NCBI GenBank assembly: GCA_024704765.1
Contig: JAKMXF010000297.1
Location: 426,921-490,920 of the forward strand
Direction: 5' to 3'
Source: Oopsacas minuta
Taxonomy: Eukaryota > Animalia > Porifera
Length of the DNA: 64,000 nt
Shown here: one piece after another, positions 1 to 12,303 of the stretch
Layout: the number at the start of each line of letters is the position of its first letter
How positions within the stretch are numbered: the stretch's first letter is position 1
Made by a program: the position numbers and the translations under genes
Notes under the pieces: model-generated
The model's input: the letters and a program-made list of their open reading frames with translations, nothing else
The model's database searches: none
Told to the model about the DNA's origin: nothing

Positions 1-1
1 A

Positions 2-874
2 TTAATGCCAGAACTGCTATGTGATAACTATACAGTCAAACTAGATGACAACGAGCTTTCACTCAATAGCTTTAAGAAACATCTCTCCAATGTTAATATA
101 CACAAAACTGCTTCACAACACAGCCTATCACGTTGTAGCGAGGATAGAGCGATATTGAATAGTCTCTTGTCTATTACTTCCCTTGTTCCAATTGAATTAA
201 TAGAAATCATGAATAATCATCAGAAAGATATCCTCGAAGAGATAAGTAGGAGCTACAAATCAAAGGGACAATACTGTTTACAAGGACAACAGGCTGCTTG
301 TCTACAGAATAGCACCTACCAGGTTCTGAAGGTAATTTACTAACTAATCAACCGATTACTGTTGGGATGTTTTTGTAGTCCAAAAGTGTGGGAAGACGTC
401 GATGTTTTACTGAAATTGTGAAAACCGTCCGATTCATCTCTACGATCATAAATTTCTACCGTGATCGGTTTAATTTACTGAAACGGCTAAGTAATAATAA
501 ATCTAATTTCCGTACTTTTAGTTTGTGGCAGAATCCAGCCAAATCACTGTTTCACGTAATCGGGGTGAACAATTTACCTAAAATTCAGCAGGCCCTAGTC
601 TTACCAGTAATTGAATTAAACATTCCTACAGGCTTCCCAAGTAACCATTCAAGATATTCCAGGAATAAAATGGCAATTTCAGAGCAGCCCTAACCAAGAA
701 CATGACCAGTGTGTTGGCTTTAGCTCCTATGTCATGCTAGAACAGAGCTCAGGTGAGGATTCTCCTATTCAAGGATCTACTACTCCTGTGGTAGTTGATG
801 TTAATCATTATGAGAGTATCATTTCACAGTCAAATGACAAGTTAATGGACCATTTAGAAATACAGCAGTTCTAG
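2..874 (+). CDS. 3' part of an unidentified protein-coding gene (last two exons; 5' end outside window)
   Basis: Open frame from window start to AAG|GTAATT donor at 331/332. Acceptor TTTCAG| at 682 continues in phase 0 (SSPNQEHDQCVGFSSYVML...HLEIQQF) to TAG at 872-874. No recognisable domain. Confidence 0.55.
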
Positions 875-1485
875 CAGATGAGCTCTCTCTCGTCAATCTT
901 GAACCAATTTTTGGAATAGGTGTTTCATTTGTAAAACAAAGTACAACAATCCTATTTAGGATTTTATAGGCTGATAATATCTCTGATACTTCATGTTTGT
1001 CCAATTTTCCTTAGGATTGTTACAGTATACTCTATCTATGATTAGTTTTATAATCTTATACGTTGGTTTATCTGTTATATTGTTGTATACAATCCATACA
1101 ATTCAATAATTCAATAAAGAATTAAATTATACATATGGACTGAGTGAATAATTCGTAATGAATATCACAGTGAATCCAGTTTATTATTATCATACCGGTT
1201 AATGGAATAAACTTACGTATTTTCATAAAACGTACAACACCTGACTCTGTAGCCTAGTTGCCTCAATGATTACGCCATCCGTAATTTTCGAAATTGAGTC
1301 TTGTCGCTGGAATACACAAGGTACATGTAGAAAATTAGGGACATTTGACCCATCACTAGTTTTCAATAGTTTAATAGTCTACGATCTACTTAAATAAAAC
1401 GACAGTTTACATGACTGTATTAGTGAAATAATTATCTATTAAATGATACTGAATACGAATGAATCTAATAAACATATCAACTTAC

Positions 1486-4400
1486 TTTTATGGTGTTCAT
1501 CTTGAAATTCCTTATCAAGACCTGTATGCACCTTTCTAGTGGGTCCACTAACTCCCTTATTCCCCTCTCTCCTCTTCCTCTTTTCTCTCCTGTCTCTATG
1601 TCTCTTCTTCTTCTGTTCGATTTCCTTATTCTGCCCCTCTATCCACAGGTTCTTGAAGTAGTCAGGATCTGTGTACAGCTTCATGGCATCCTTACCGTCT
1701 TCTCGTAGAGGCGTAACACGATTCAAGTTTGGAGGCGGCGCACAGCGCCTATATTGCTCCTATTTCAATTAAAGAATAATAATATTCTAATATCAAGCAG
1801 TAGTAATAACCACCACCAATCGAAATTATTATAATTCTATTAATAATATCAATTAACATATCCACAACGATAATAACTCAATATATGTTATGTACTATCA
1901 TTATCTGGAGTAGATTCAACTGGATTAGTCAATTCTGTTATGTGTTCAGATTGAGTATGTGTGTCTTCATGCTTAACTTGAGAAGGGATAGCCTCCCCTG
2001 GTGATGCAGCAGGTAGAGAGGAATGTACTGGAATAGTTTCTAAGCTCTGTTGACTAAGTCTTCCTAGTTCTCTGAACTTCTGGTGAATTTCTTCAACGTA
2101 GAGTTCTCTCAAGGGTTCTCCCAGCTCTTCTGACTTAAGCGGGACATAAACTCGATTTTTCTTCTCTGGTGTGAAATCCTCACCAGCTGACATCACACAA
2201 GGAGTACGTGATAGGAACTCATTGACTATATCAATAGGAAATATAAGTAGCAGAGCAGAGGATAAATAGGGGATAAGATCATAAATGGTGAGGTAACAGA
2301 ACTGAACAAATAACTCTTTCTCCTTCTCACTGTACGAGCTACGTTCTCTTACATCAAACTCTCTTATCGTCTGTACCATATCAGATATACTACACTGCAA
2401 AGCGTAGCGGAAAGGGAGAGCTAGTGAGATCAGAGGACATTGCTTAACTTCATTAAATGTTGCCAGTAGTTGGTTCAGGTACCGAGCTAGAGGTGTGAAC
2501 TGTAGCAGAGACTGTGGAGGGGCGAGTGTTTTACCAGAGTCTCTTGAGGGCTGGAAGTATGCTGCAGGGGGTTGAGAAGCCTGGTAGGGTAGTGTCAGGA
2601 TGTAGTTCTTCATTGAGTCTCTTAAATCAGCAGAGGCTGAGTTTATGTGGCCGGAGAGAGTCTTGAACAGAGTGCGATGAAATATATTCACAAGCATGGG
2701 TCTGAAATCTGCACCTATACGACTGAAGGATAGTCCGAAATACATACTCTGACTCAACAGAGAGTCGAGTCTCTGAATGTAATGACTGCTCAGCATCTTT
2801 TCTAGTGCTCGAAGGAATTCTCCTACCTTACATGTTATCCACCCATAGAACACGTGTGCATAGGATCTCTTGCTTTCATGAGTGTATTCTGATGACGTCA
2901 TCACAATAGATGGATCATCATTTGGGAATATTCCTCTATACTGAGTGATAATATCAAACAGATGTACTCTACTAGTCTCAATCAGCTTCCCCAGGTATGT
3001 ATAAGGGTCATCTGATGGAATAGCAGAGAGAGTCTGTTGCAACCAGCAGTTACGTGTCTGAAGGAACTTAATCCTCAGTTCTCCCTCCTCAAACACACCC
3101 ATCCTCCTCAGATACCCAATCGTCTTAAGACAGGCTGGTAACTGTATGTTGGTACCCAACAGCTGTAGCAACTGAGATTGCATAAGCTCCATGGTGTTAG
3201 AGACATCCCGTGCTATCCCCTGCATGATTGGGATATGATTGAGACGTGAAGATAGACGCTGTACATGATGAGACAATTCTAAAGCCTCCTCGTAGTAACC
3301 GTTACGCACACACGTCTCCATAACCTGAGGTATTTCCAATACTTCTAGCAGTTCAGAGTGCTTAGTGAGAACTAGTGAGTTCTTCTGTCTCTTCTCGTCA
3401 ACTTCAGCTGACCTCTGCACAAACTCTGAACACAATCTTTTAACAGTTGTAGATCGATCCATTATAGAGTCTAAATGAAAATTAACTCCGTCGAACTGGG
3501 TGAGAATATCAGAACTGCAATCAGCTGTTAGAATGAATGTACGGTAATTTTGATAAGCCAGGTTTTGTGTATCTGCATCCAGCTGGGCGCGGTCTTGTCG
3601 TAAGCGCTCTGGTTCCTCCTGCATCTGAGACAGAGAGTACGAGGCTAGCTCCTGGAGGTAGGATATATAGTCTGGTTCTACATGCCAAGATGTAGGTTTG
3701 TCTGGCATTAACCAACTGCTGATACTCTCCAGCTGAGACATATTGAGTATAAGCAATTACAGCTAATACAATGTGATAGGTTACCAGTTAAATTGGTAGA
3801 TTCTTATGAGTAGACTCTTAATGAGATAATAAATTATTTGCATTGAATAACAGGATAGCTGAAAGGGACAATTGGTAATACATTATAACAGTTTAAACCA
3901 TAAGTGCAACTGGATAGGGATAGCTGTTTTCTAGAAAGATAGATGACGTATGCTCACTACTCTATAATTTGTATATTGAAGTCCAAATAGGTAGGCACTC
4001 AAATTAACCTAAATCTGAATTTCTGATCCTTTAGTTCCTAATACGTATGTTATTTTAGATCTCATGGTATAATTTCATATAATGAATTTATAGAATATAT
4101 ACCTCACCGAAATATGGTCCAAACTGCCAGTCAATTTGGATAATAGGGGAATGGATACCTCGAGGCGGAAGGCGCCGAGTTAAGTTCATCAAGGAGCGAC
4201 GAGTAAAAGCCTCGTATAAGTAATAATTATACAATATATAAATATAAACAATAAAGTATATGTGTACCTGTAGTGTAGGAGGGAGTGTAGCTCGAGACAG
4301 GATCTGCTGTTTTGCATTCTGTCTGCTCCTGAACTTCTTGAGAGTAATTTCATGTGCTCCTACCTCCTCGTCCCCTTCTGGGTTCATCTTCTCCATGCGA

Positions 4401-4633
4401 GAATTCAAATTCTCCATTCTGTCTTTCATTTTTCCAAACCGCACCCCGAGGTCAGAAGCCTCAGTAAAGAGTTCTCCGAACAGAGTCTCAGCATGTTTGC
4501 TTAGAGAGCTGAGCTGTAAGATTACGCCTGCTAGAGTGAGTGTAGAAGTACACTCCAACTCTAATTTCGTATCTTTAGGCAGTTTATTCCTGCTTACATA
4601 AATAGGCTCAATTGATCTTTTCACGATAGGCAT
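1486..4633 (-). CDS. WASF: WAVE/SCAR family actin nucleation-promoting factor, exons 1-2 (WAVE homology domain and basic region); remaining exons not in window
   Basis: Exon 1 4633-4268 (MPIVKRSIEP...LSSLSKHAETLFGELF...RATLPPTLQ|GTACAC). Exon 2 1759-1486 (AAATAG|EQYRRCAPPPNLN...AMKLYTDPDYFKNLW...KKKRHRDRREKRKRR|GTAAGT). Typical WHD motifs and in-phase junction. Confidence 0.9.
1888..3741 (-). CDS. COG8: Conserved oligomeric Golgi complex subunit 8 (Dor1 family), intronless, about 617 aa
   Basis: First ATG at 3741. Dor1-like motifs LAYQNYRTFI, LLEVLEIPQVMETCVRNGYYEEALEL, LPACLKTIGYLRRM, SRVHLFDIITQYRGIF, YFGLSFSRIGADFR. Confidence 0.93.
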   Translation of the reverse strand: MSQLESISSWLMPDKPTSWHVEPDYISYLQELASYSLSQMQEEPERLRQDRAQLDADTQNLAYQNYRTFILTADCSSDILTQFDGVNFHLDSIMDRSTTVKRLCSEFVQRSAEVDEKRQKNSLVLTKHSELLEVLEIPQVMETCVRNGYYEEALELSHHVQRLSSRLNHIPIMQGIARDVSNTMELMQSQLLQLLGTNIQLPACLKTIGYLRRMGVFEEGELRIKFLQTRNCWLQQTLSAIPSDDPYTYLGKLIETSRVHLFDIITQYRGIFPNDDPSIVMTSSEYTHESKRSYAHVFYGWITCKVGEFLRALEKMLSSHYIQRLDSLLSQSMYFGLSFSRIGADFRPMLVNIFHRTLFKTLSGHINSASADLRDSMKNYILTLPYQASQPPAAYFQPSRDSGKTLAPPQSLLQFTPLARYLNQLLATFNEVKQCPLISLALPFRYALQCSISDMVQTIREFDVRERSSYSEKEKELFVQFCYLTIYDLIPYLSSALLLIFPIDIVNEFLSRTPCVMSAGEDFTPEKKNRVYVPLKSEELGEPLRELYVEEIHQKFRELGRLSQQSLETIPVHSSLPAASPGEAIPSQVKHEDTHTQSEHITELTNPVESTPDNDST

Positions 4634-6637
4634 CCTTTCTACTGAGCTGAATATTGAACGAATTAAAAAAACAAGAGTAAAAGTGTAGAGAAAAAATTAT
4701 CGAGTGGGAGTGTATGAACATGATTAGGAATATAGGATACTGCCAGCTTGATTAAAGAATTTCATATTTGAAATAAAAATCTTTTTAGGGGATCCGAAAT
4801 AAAACCACTATGTACGGCCGGAATAAGGCCAAGCGTTCTGGGCGCATTAGGGAAAATTTAGAACACACATGCATGTCAGGGATACATAAATATACATATC
4901 CTTCATGTGGGTTCGTCATATGAGGTGTTTTCTACACATTTAGCCTGGAAAATCACAGAATATTTTAGAATAACGGTTGCTAAGGATTTGTGTTCGGCTT
5001 TTTACGTTAGACCTCATGAACAACTTATCCCCATTCAAATCTAGGGCTGCCAGATTTCCGACAATCAGCGATGTTGTTTTTTTGGGGGGGGCAGGGATCT
5101 AGGGCGATACCTATCTCCTTTACCGGGAATGTTTTCACCAATGCTTTTCAAGAAAAGATATACTTGAATATAAAGCACACCCCATTTCATTTTTTTCATT
5201 TTTTACCACTGGCCGTGAAATCTGTACCAATCGACGAAGTTGAATTTCGTCAGATAAAATTTTTCGGTGTCACAGTGCCACATGTCTCCCCGGTGAGCTG
5301 TCCTCCCGGACATTTCACCCTAAGGCCATGAGTCGGGGAGGACCAAAAGTGAGGGGATGACATCGGTTCCGTAAAAGAGGATATCAAAGTCCGTTCCGTT
5401 CCGTGAAAGAAGGTAGCCCTAAATACGAGTACTTTAAGCAATTGATAGGTTATCCAGCGTATTCGTAGGCGTCTTAAAGAATCAAGGCATCCGAAAATGT
5501 GCGGGCAGCCCAGAGGCCTACTCGAAGTTTACTCAAGTTATTTTGGTGCTTTATACAATGGATATTTTTTGTTATATTTTATATAACTTTCTTCATAATC
5601 AATCGAAAATTATTCTGAAGGCTCGATGCCATTTACAGCTCTCTACGACTCAAAACGATGTTTTGGTAACAGGTCAGAGGTCACGGGGCACGGGCCTAAA
5701 GAGCAGGACAAAATTTCACTTCGCCCATGCCAGTGATGACATTAATTATTAGAACTACGCACACAGGGCTTACAGACACATACGACACAACACAAAAACT
5801 TTTCGTCAAGTTTATACTTGAATGGATAAATAAAAATTCCGAATCTTATATGAATATCATGTCAAAGTATGTTCTAATGCATACAATAGATTTTGGATCA
5901 TGGATATTCAGTGGAAGCTGTGCTAAAGGATGGTAGCAGAGATTGAATTTCAATATATATATAGCAGACGTGTAGACGACTCCGATCTCCAGAAGAGCGG
6001 ACAGCTATTTGGATGCAATTCACCAGAACTGAATTATTAATATTTTGTACCTGGAATAACGGACAAATGTATGTTAATATAGAAAATTCATAGAATATAA
6101 CTTCAATACATAATTAAACAATTAGAGTCTGGTATTATTTAAACATATGTATATGCATCATCATTATGTGGTTAATGTCAGGCCTTATTGGACTGATATC
6201 CAATTCCCCATCAATATCAGATATTTGTATTTAGGGGGCAAATACTGGTCAAACTGGCATTTGGCTGATTACTTGGGATGTATTCTCAGATTGGTAAAAA
6301 CAGACACAGATGCTAGATGCATCCAATTTTCATATTAATCTGACAGATTTCGGAAGATTATGGCATAACGTCGCACACCATACATATTATTGATATATCT
6401 CCGTCCTATCGGGAGATACCTTGCGAAAACTAACTATCAGATTAATTCAAATTTGGATGCAATAAAAAGTAAAATATCGTGCCTATAGCACCTTGACATC
6501 CTTGAAAGAATAACTGTTGTAAACACCTAGCTTTACAGTTGGTTCGGCTGCTTGACGGCCAAACCAACAGCACTGTTTGTATAATTATTCAAATAAAATA
6601 TATATATTCACTTAAATTATATGTATTCGTAACTTCT

Positions 6638-7501
6638 TTAGTTCATGTAAGAGTGCCAAGATGCGTACCACAGATGCATGGCATATATTTCATTGTCATT
6701 AGTATAGTCTTCTATCCTACCATCACACTCTTCCCGGACTTCATAATTGCAATCATAGAAAGCTTTCTTATTAATAACGTAGATGCATTCACTTGTAGTG
6801 TTATACTTCCTGATCATTTTAGCTAAGAAAAACGGTCCAGTTTTCTCATTGGGTTTCCCGGATTTCCGAGCAGCATTCACGGCATAAGAAGCTGCTCGTT
6901 CTAATATGAAGTGTCCAGGTATTGAAGCAATCAAAGCAACACTTACGAGATTGAATTCGTTGTCTACATATGCATCCTCGCTTCCTGCAAATGCAGTACA
7001 AGTCTGTTTCTCTAATAATGGCTCTAAGCTACGAAAACAAATGAAATCAGTGTCCATGTAGATCCCACCGTAACTAGCTAGAATGTTAAAACGGAGTACG
7101 TCACTGATGACAGCTGGTATACCATAGTCTAGCAATTGCACTGACAGCACTGGGTATTCTCTCCTAACCATATCATCTGTCCAGATCCTATAGGCCCAAT
7201 CTGGGTGTTTATCTAAACATGTCTGAATATTGGAGAGTATTCCTACATCTAGATTAGATTGGTTAGTAGTGTCGAGGTTAGGGGAAACCCAGATAAAATG
7301 AAATATCTTAGGAATATCTCTCAATAGGGATCTCTCCCTGGGGAACCATCTTTGTTGTGGGGGTTCCGTGGGTTGTAATCTCAAACTTTTCTCAAATTCT
7401 GTTCTCTCAAGCAAATTTGTCATATAAACAAGTATAAAAGTGTATATTAAGAAAAATATAACCCCAATTATTTGAATTTTAAATTTAATACTCATGTCCA
7501 T
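6638..7501 (-). CDS. GT32-family (Gly_transf_sug, DxD) glycosyltransferase, type II membrane, copy 1
   Basis: N-terminal TM (IIGVIFFLIYTFILVYM), IPKIFHFIW, SDVLRFNILASYGGIYMDTD (DxD), C-terminal MHLWYASW. Intronless. Confidence 0.85.
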   Translation of the reverse strand: MDMSIKFKIQIIGVIFFLIYTFILVYMTNLLERTEFEKSLRLQPTEPPQQRWFPRERSLLRDIPKIFHFIWVSPNLDTTNQSNLDVGILSNIQTCLDKHPDWAYRIWTDDMVRREYPVLSVQLLDYGIPAVISDVLRFNILASYGGIYMDTDFICFRSLEPLLEKQTCTAFAGSEDAYVDNEFNLVSVALIASIPGHFILERAASYAVNAARKSGKPNEKTGPFFLAKMIRKYNTTSECIYVINKKAFYDCNYEVREECDGRIEDYTNDNEIYAMHLWYASWHSYMN

Positions 7502-8538
7502 GCCCAATTATTTGAATTGCATATTTAATATTAATTCCAACATATCCTCTTATATATATACTTTCACAGTGGCTCCACCATAGGCTTTAGAGTGAAATTT
7601 TCACCATCCCATAAGCTTTCGAAAATGTTACCATTAAATTCACCATAGTCTGAAACTTGGGAATCATAATTTTCTTTATAAAATTCCTATTACTTTGTAA
7701 TCAAATGTCATGTTTAGTGGATGGCTATAATTGAATTCATTATTCATCTCTATTTTATGTTTACACATAGGCATATAATTCTCTCTATCCAAAAATACTC
7801 ATTAGAATAACAGCTCAAGGTTTTAACCTATTATTAGTTCAGAGTATAATCTTCTCAATTATGATAAAAGAGCTAAATATTTCACTTTGAATATTTTCTC
7901 CATGGTTCAGTTAATTTTGACGTCGCATAATGTGTCCGGACACATTATACCTTGGTCTAATTACCCTTCAAACTCACTGTGGCCAGTCGTGACCAGGTAA
8001 TATCAAGTTTTAGGGTGATTTGTCCTGATATTATCTGTAATTTGGAACTAAATTCAGCCTCCCGCAACCTCCCGCAAATGAACACCAAGCATTTTTAATA
8101 GAGCGACCCGTTAATTTTTAAGAATTTCAGAATTTAAGCAATTAATATTAAACTACTTTTATTTACTAAATTTCTAGCAAATATTTTAAATTCTAAATGA
8201 ATAACCAGGAAGCATTTGATTTTCTTATTTCTCAACCATCAATCAGAACGGCAGTATACTAGTGACATCAACAGGTGGAGATTATATTTCACTACATCAT
8301 TAGCTTTTGTAACAATATCTCTTGCAATATTCAATGGAGGAAAGGCTTACTGTTATCAAAAACTTTTAGTTCAGTTTCCCTTAATCATAAATCTATAGTT
8401 ATGGATTATTGGAAGCTTCGAAGCGATCTTACAAAATAAATATACTCAACATCCGGTAACTCGAACATTAGTTATCTCGAACGAATGTCATTTCCCCTCC
8501 TTTTACTATTCGATTTATACACAAAAGCGTTAACTGTA

Positions 8539-9213
8539 TCTATACTATTAAAACACGATTCATCTACCTACGAGAGTGATTATTTATTACGTATTATATA
8601 TATGTTTGTATTTTCGGAATTGATTGAAGAAACTGGGAGACCTCCAAGGCTCATTTTTGGAATACAGGAGTATTTTGGGCCTAGCTCGGATATGTTATAG
8701 TCTTGGACGAAAATTCACACCTATGACGAATTTATGACGTCATTGTCGCCTTTATGGATTTTCGAAAAATCATATAATTAACCACCGCTCACCCAGTATA
8801 TATGATAGAAGTTTGAAATTAGAATCACAGGTACCCCTCAATATGTCATACGTTCTGACGTCATGATTTTGGCCTAATGCAAACTTATCATGGGATTATT
8901 ACGTCATCATAACTGTACAAAAAATCAAAATTCTCCAAATTTCGATATTTTTGAGAATTTCATAATACTCGAAACACGAAGTGCCCAGATTACTCACCTA
9001 AAGCCACGTAATAGCTCCAGTATTACCACACAAGGCCATTAAATGGAATTTGGATGGATCATGGATAGTAAAAAATAACAATTTCCGCAAGAGGTTAACC
9101 TCGAGGCATGTAGTCCCGAGTATATCCCGCCGCATAGCGACCAGAAGCATCCAGAAATGTAGTTGTTAATCTCAAGCCAACCTGAGGCCCTAAGCTGCCG
9201 CACAGCGACCTAG
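8539..9213 (+). mobile_element. Non-autonomous Helitron with canonical ends
   Basis: A|TCTATACTATTAAAA 5' end at 8539. 3' end GCTGCCGCACAGC hairpin then CTAG|T at 9210-9214. Inserted between A and T with no TSD. Confidence 0.7.
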
Positions 9214-9248
9214 TAAGTAAATTATCTAAATTCTACGTAAAGCATCAG

Positions 9249-10172
9249 TTAAATAGTGTTTATTGGGTTCTTAAATTGGTAAATCCCATCTACACAGGCC
9301 ACAACAATATTTGATTCACTAGTCATAGCTATTCCTCTTGAATATTGTAAAATTCTATCAAATTCACCACCTGTAATAATAGAATATATAAGCTGCCCTT
9401 GATTGGAATACACTTGAATCCTATTATTATTACTATCTGTTATGATGATATTCTGCGAGTCCATGCAAAAAAAGCGGCTAGACAATATTGTGAAACTTCC
9501 AACCTTTTGTTGGATGATAGAACGATGCATATCTCCATTGAGGGAGAACACATGAACACCAAATCCAAGCACATATAACTCACTTTCATTGACTATGACA
9601 TTAACTGGATTCTTCAAAGATCGATGTGATAAACGATAAATCAGTTTCAGATCATCGCTATTTAAGACTTGTATTCTGTCGTGGTATTGTTCAGCTATGT
9701 ACAGTCTCCCATCTTGAGATAATGCAATCCCACGCAAACCAAGAAAGTTAAAAGATCTTCCACTAACAGATGAAACTTGACAAAATCCTATATCTTCTTG
9801 AAAACTAAACACAATACCAGCCGTATCACTGACAAAAATATTATCGTTCTGGATAGCTATACCGCATGGGCTTAACATTCCTGGGTAATTGAATGTTGTT
9901 ATAAAATTGAAAGAAGATGTAAATATAGATATTCGTCCGAATGGACGTCCATCTGTTACAAAAATATGATGTGTACACTTCTGTATCGCTATACCATACG
10001 GGTAACAGGGTGTGTTTAATGAATCATTTCTTCTAAGCAACATCACAGGCTTTATGTAGTCTTGTGATTGCACAGGGTGTTTGACTGGTTTAATAGGTGG
10101 GCGGTGGAAGTTTCCCATTCTATCGTTATACAATAGTGTAACTAAGGGTAGAAGATATCGAAATTTGTACAT
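9249..10172 (-). CDS. Stand-alone NHL-repeat beta-propeller protein (no RING, B-box or coiled coil)
   Basis: About six NHL blades: PYGIAIQ, PCGIAIQ, LRGIALS..LYIAEQYHDRIQV, PVNVIV, NIIITDSNNNRIQVY, SRGIAMT. True start may be the second Met (MGNFH). Confidence 0.8.
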   Translation of the reverse strand: MYKFRYLLPLVTLLYNDRMGNFHRPPIKPVKHPVQSQDYIKPVMLLRRNDSLNTPCYPYGIAIQKCTHHIFVTDGRPFGRISIFTSSFNFITTFNYPGMLSPCGIAIQNDNIFVSDTAGIVFSFQEDIGFCQVSSVSGRSFNFLGLRGIALSQDGRLYIAEQYHDRIQVLNSDDLKLIYRLSHRSLKNPVNVIVNESELYVLGFGVHVFSLNGDMHRSIIQQKVGSFTILSSRFFCMDSQNIIITDSNNNRIQVYSNQGQLIYSIITGGEFDRILQYSRGIAMTSESNIVVACVDGIYQFKNPINTI

Positions 10173-10777
10173 ACTATGATGGACCTTGATGGCATGTCAC
10201 AAATCGTATAAATATCTTGTTTATGGTACAACTGTCACTAGAAAGAATTGTCCCCGAATAATTTGGCTCTGTGCTAAATTTCCAGTGTAAAAATGGTCAT
10301 AGGACCAAAATGTTCATGGAAAATTGATTTGTGAATTTAAGTTCACTAGTGTAAGTGTAGTGCAGAATTTTCTCTTGGATTAGTGTCTATCTTGGCCGGA
10401 CCTCATTTTATACGAATGCAAAATACCCCCTGGTAGAAAAAATGTTTAGTGACAGAAAAACACAAATCGGGGAAAGATTGTATGTTGCAAAATGATTAGC
10501 TTTCAGGGATATCGCTTCAAATGTTCTAGAAAAGATAATTGATACCCTACTCAGTGGTATGGCAGTACAAAATGAGGAGTCATAGAGATCAGAGTGGACC
10601 ATGGGTCAGGGTAATGGGTGATGGGTAGTATGGGTGACGTAAACGGAAATTGATGGAGGTCAGATGGCCCATTGGTGACGGTTCGACCCGTTAAACCCTC
10701 ACCATGACTGATAACCGATTCGTAATTTTGATGTAATTACTAATTCTGATATTGATGAGTAATTCGTAATGAGTTCA

Positions 10778-10833
10778 CTACGATGTATTAACTATGATGT
10801 ATTAACTACGATGTATTAACTATGACGTATTAA
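10778..10833. repeat. 14-bp minisatellite x4 (CTAYGAYGTATTAA)
   Basis: ctacgatgtattaa / ctatgatgtattaa / ctacgatgtattaa / ctatgacgtattaa in tandem. Confidence 0.9.
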
Positions 10834-12021
10834 TTATGTTTGATTTTCATACCTCAAAATAGAACTAAATTCAAAATTCCGCGAACATGGGTCTTTTGAG
10901 ACGACCCGTTTAAGTTGGTATACTATGGGATGGCTGATCGGCAGGCATGTTGTTAAGACTATTGAGGTCATGGGGCGCCTTTTAGGGTTGCTAACGTAAA
11001 AATCAGGCTTGGCCCGATCTGTTAAATGGCAGTTGCCCCTATCATAGAAGTGTATGCACGACCTGATGTTTTACTGGTCAAACCTAGTAGTTAACGGGAA
11101 CAAGGTTAGTCACTGCAATAAATGTACATTTTCTCATACCAACTATCCACATTTGGATATTGGTGAATCAATTAGAGTTTATCAACTGTCATACGCTAAT
11201 CCAAACAACACTGTTCAAATTGCCAAATATCTCATTCGAATTGGTGAATTTGTTTGGGTAAATGAAATGCATAAAAACAATACTATAGGGAACAATTATG
11301 TGTAATATAAATAATTAGTATTAACCCGCATTAGAAAATACAATTGGGCCTTTCGAATGCTTTACTTGTAGGACATTTTGCATAGGTCGTATAGCTTTGT
11401 GCTCTGTTAGGATTAGTGAAGTTTCTGATTAACGAGGTCTACTACCTTGATAAGCAAATAGTCATGATTTTGTTATTGTATTATTATTCTGTAAATGGAC
11501 TAATATATTTGCGTGTTATTCATAAGTAACATCAAAGGGTTCTTTAGTTCCGCCTCAAAATTTCACGTAATTAATACATTCCATGGTTAGTTTATACAAG
11601 CGCCTCAGAATTTCACGCAACAGTCCCAAATTCCTCGATAGGAGAGACTCAAATAATCACAATCATATAATTAACCATGTGTGTATTTATCTCATTGTGA
11701 AATTTATGACATATAAATGACTCACAACAATAACAAAATGATGATACGTTCAAAATACGTTTACGTATCACATAAAAAATATTTACGTAGGCAAGTAAGT
11801 GACATAGAGACACCCCATATGATTTCATCTATTGAATTGAAATAAGAATAACGAGTTGTGGGATTTTAACCCTATTGTTACTACAATGGAAAACCCAGCA
11901 GTAACTTTAAAATTTTCTCAATTATTTATCTTCCCTATAAAATGCATTATGCACAGATTATCAATAATTATATAATTTAGGTTCATTGACTTATTATTTA
12001 ATTATTCATCAATAAATGTGA

Positions 12022-12303
12022 ATGTCCGAAGTGAATAGAGAAATATTGTTTGTCTGGGCCTTAACAGGAGGGATTTCTTGCTGTTGCCTAATTGTATGCT
12101 GCATACTAAACATTATTTGTTTCTTCGACTTGTTCAGACCCGTACTCTTCAGGAATACAGGTTTCCTCGAGACATATAATGAAAATTATCAATCGTCTCT
12201 CCCAGTATCAAGTCAGAGACCACCTCCACCCAGATACAACAGTAATAGAGGTACAGCATTATATCAACCACCTCCTGCCTACATAACTCGGATAACTCAA
12301 TAG
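12022..12303 (+). CDS. 93-aa single-pass membrane microprotein with Cys cluster and two PPxY motifs
   Basis: Hydrophobic segment ILFVWALTGGISCCCLIVCCILNIICFF, then PPPPRY and QPPPAY. ATG start, TAG stop. Confidence 0.65.
   Translation: MSEVNREILFVWALTGGISCCCLIVCCILNIICFFDLFRPVLFRNTGFLETYNENYQSSLPVSSQRPPPPRYNSNRGTALYQPPPAYITRITQ

Noticed and set aside
388-693. 101-aa ORF as a gene
   Set aside because: GTG start, lies in the intron of the plus-strand gene (332-682), no domain, and overlaps the next exon out of frame.
10680-10689. GGTTCGACCC as a tRNA T-loop or B-box
   Set aside because: No acceptor, D or anticodon stems can be built around it.
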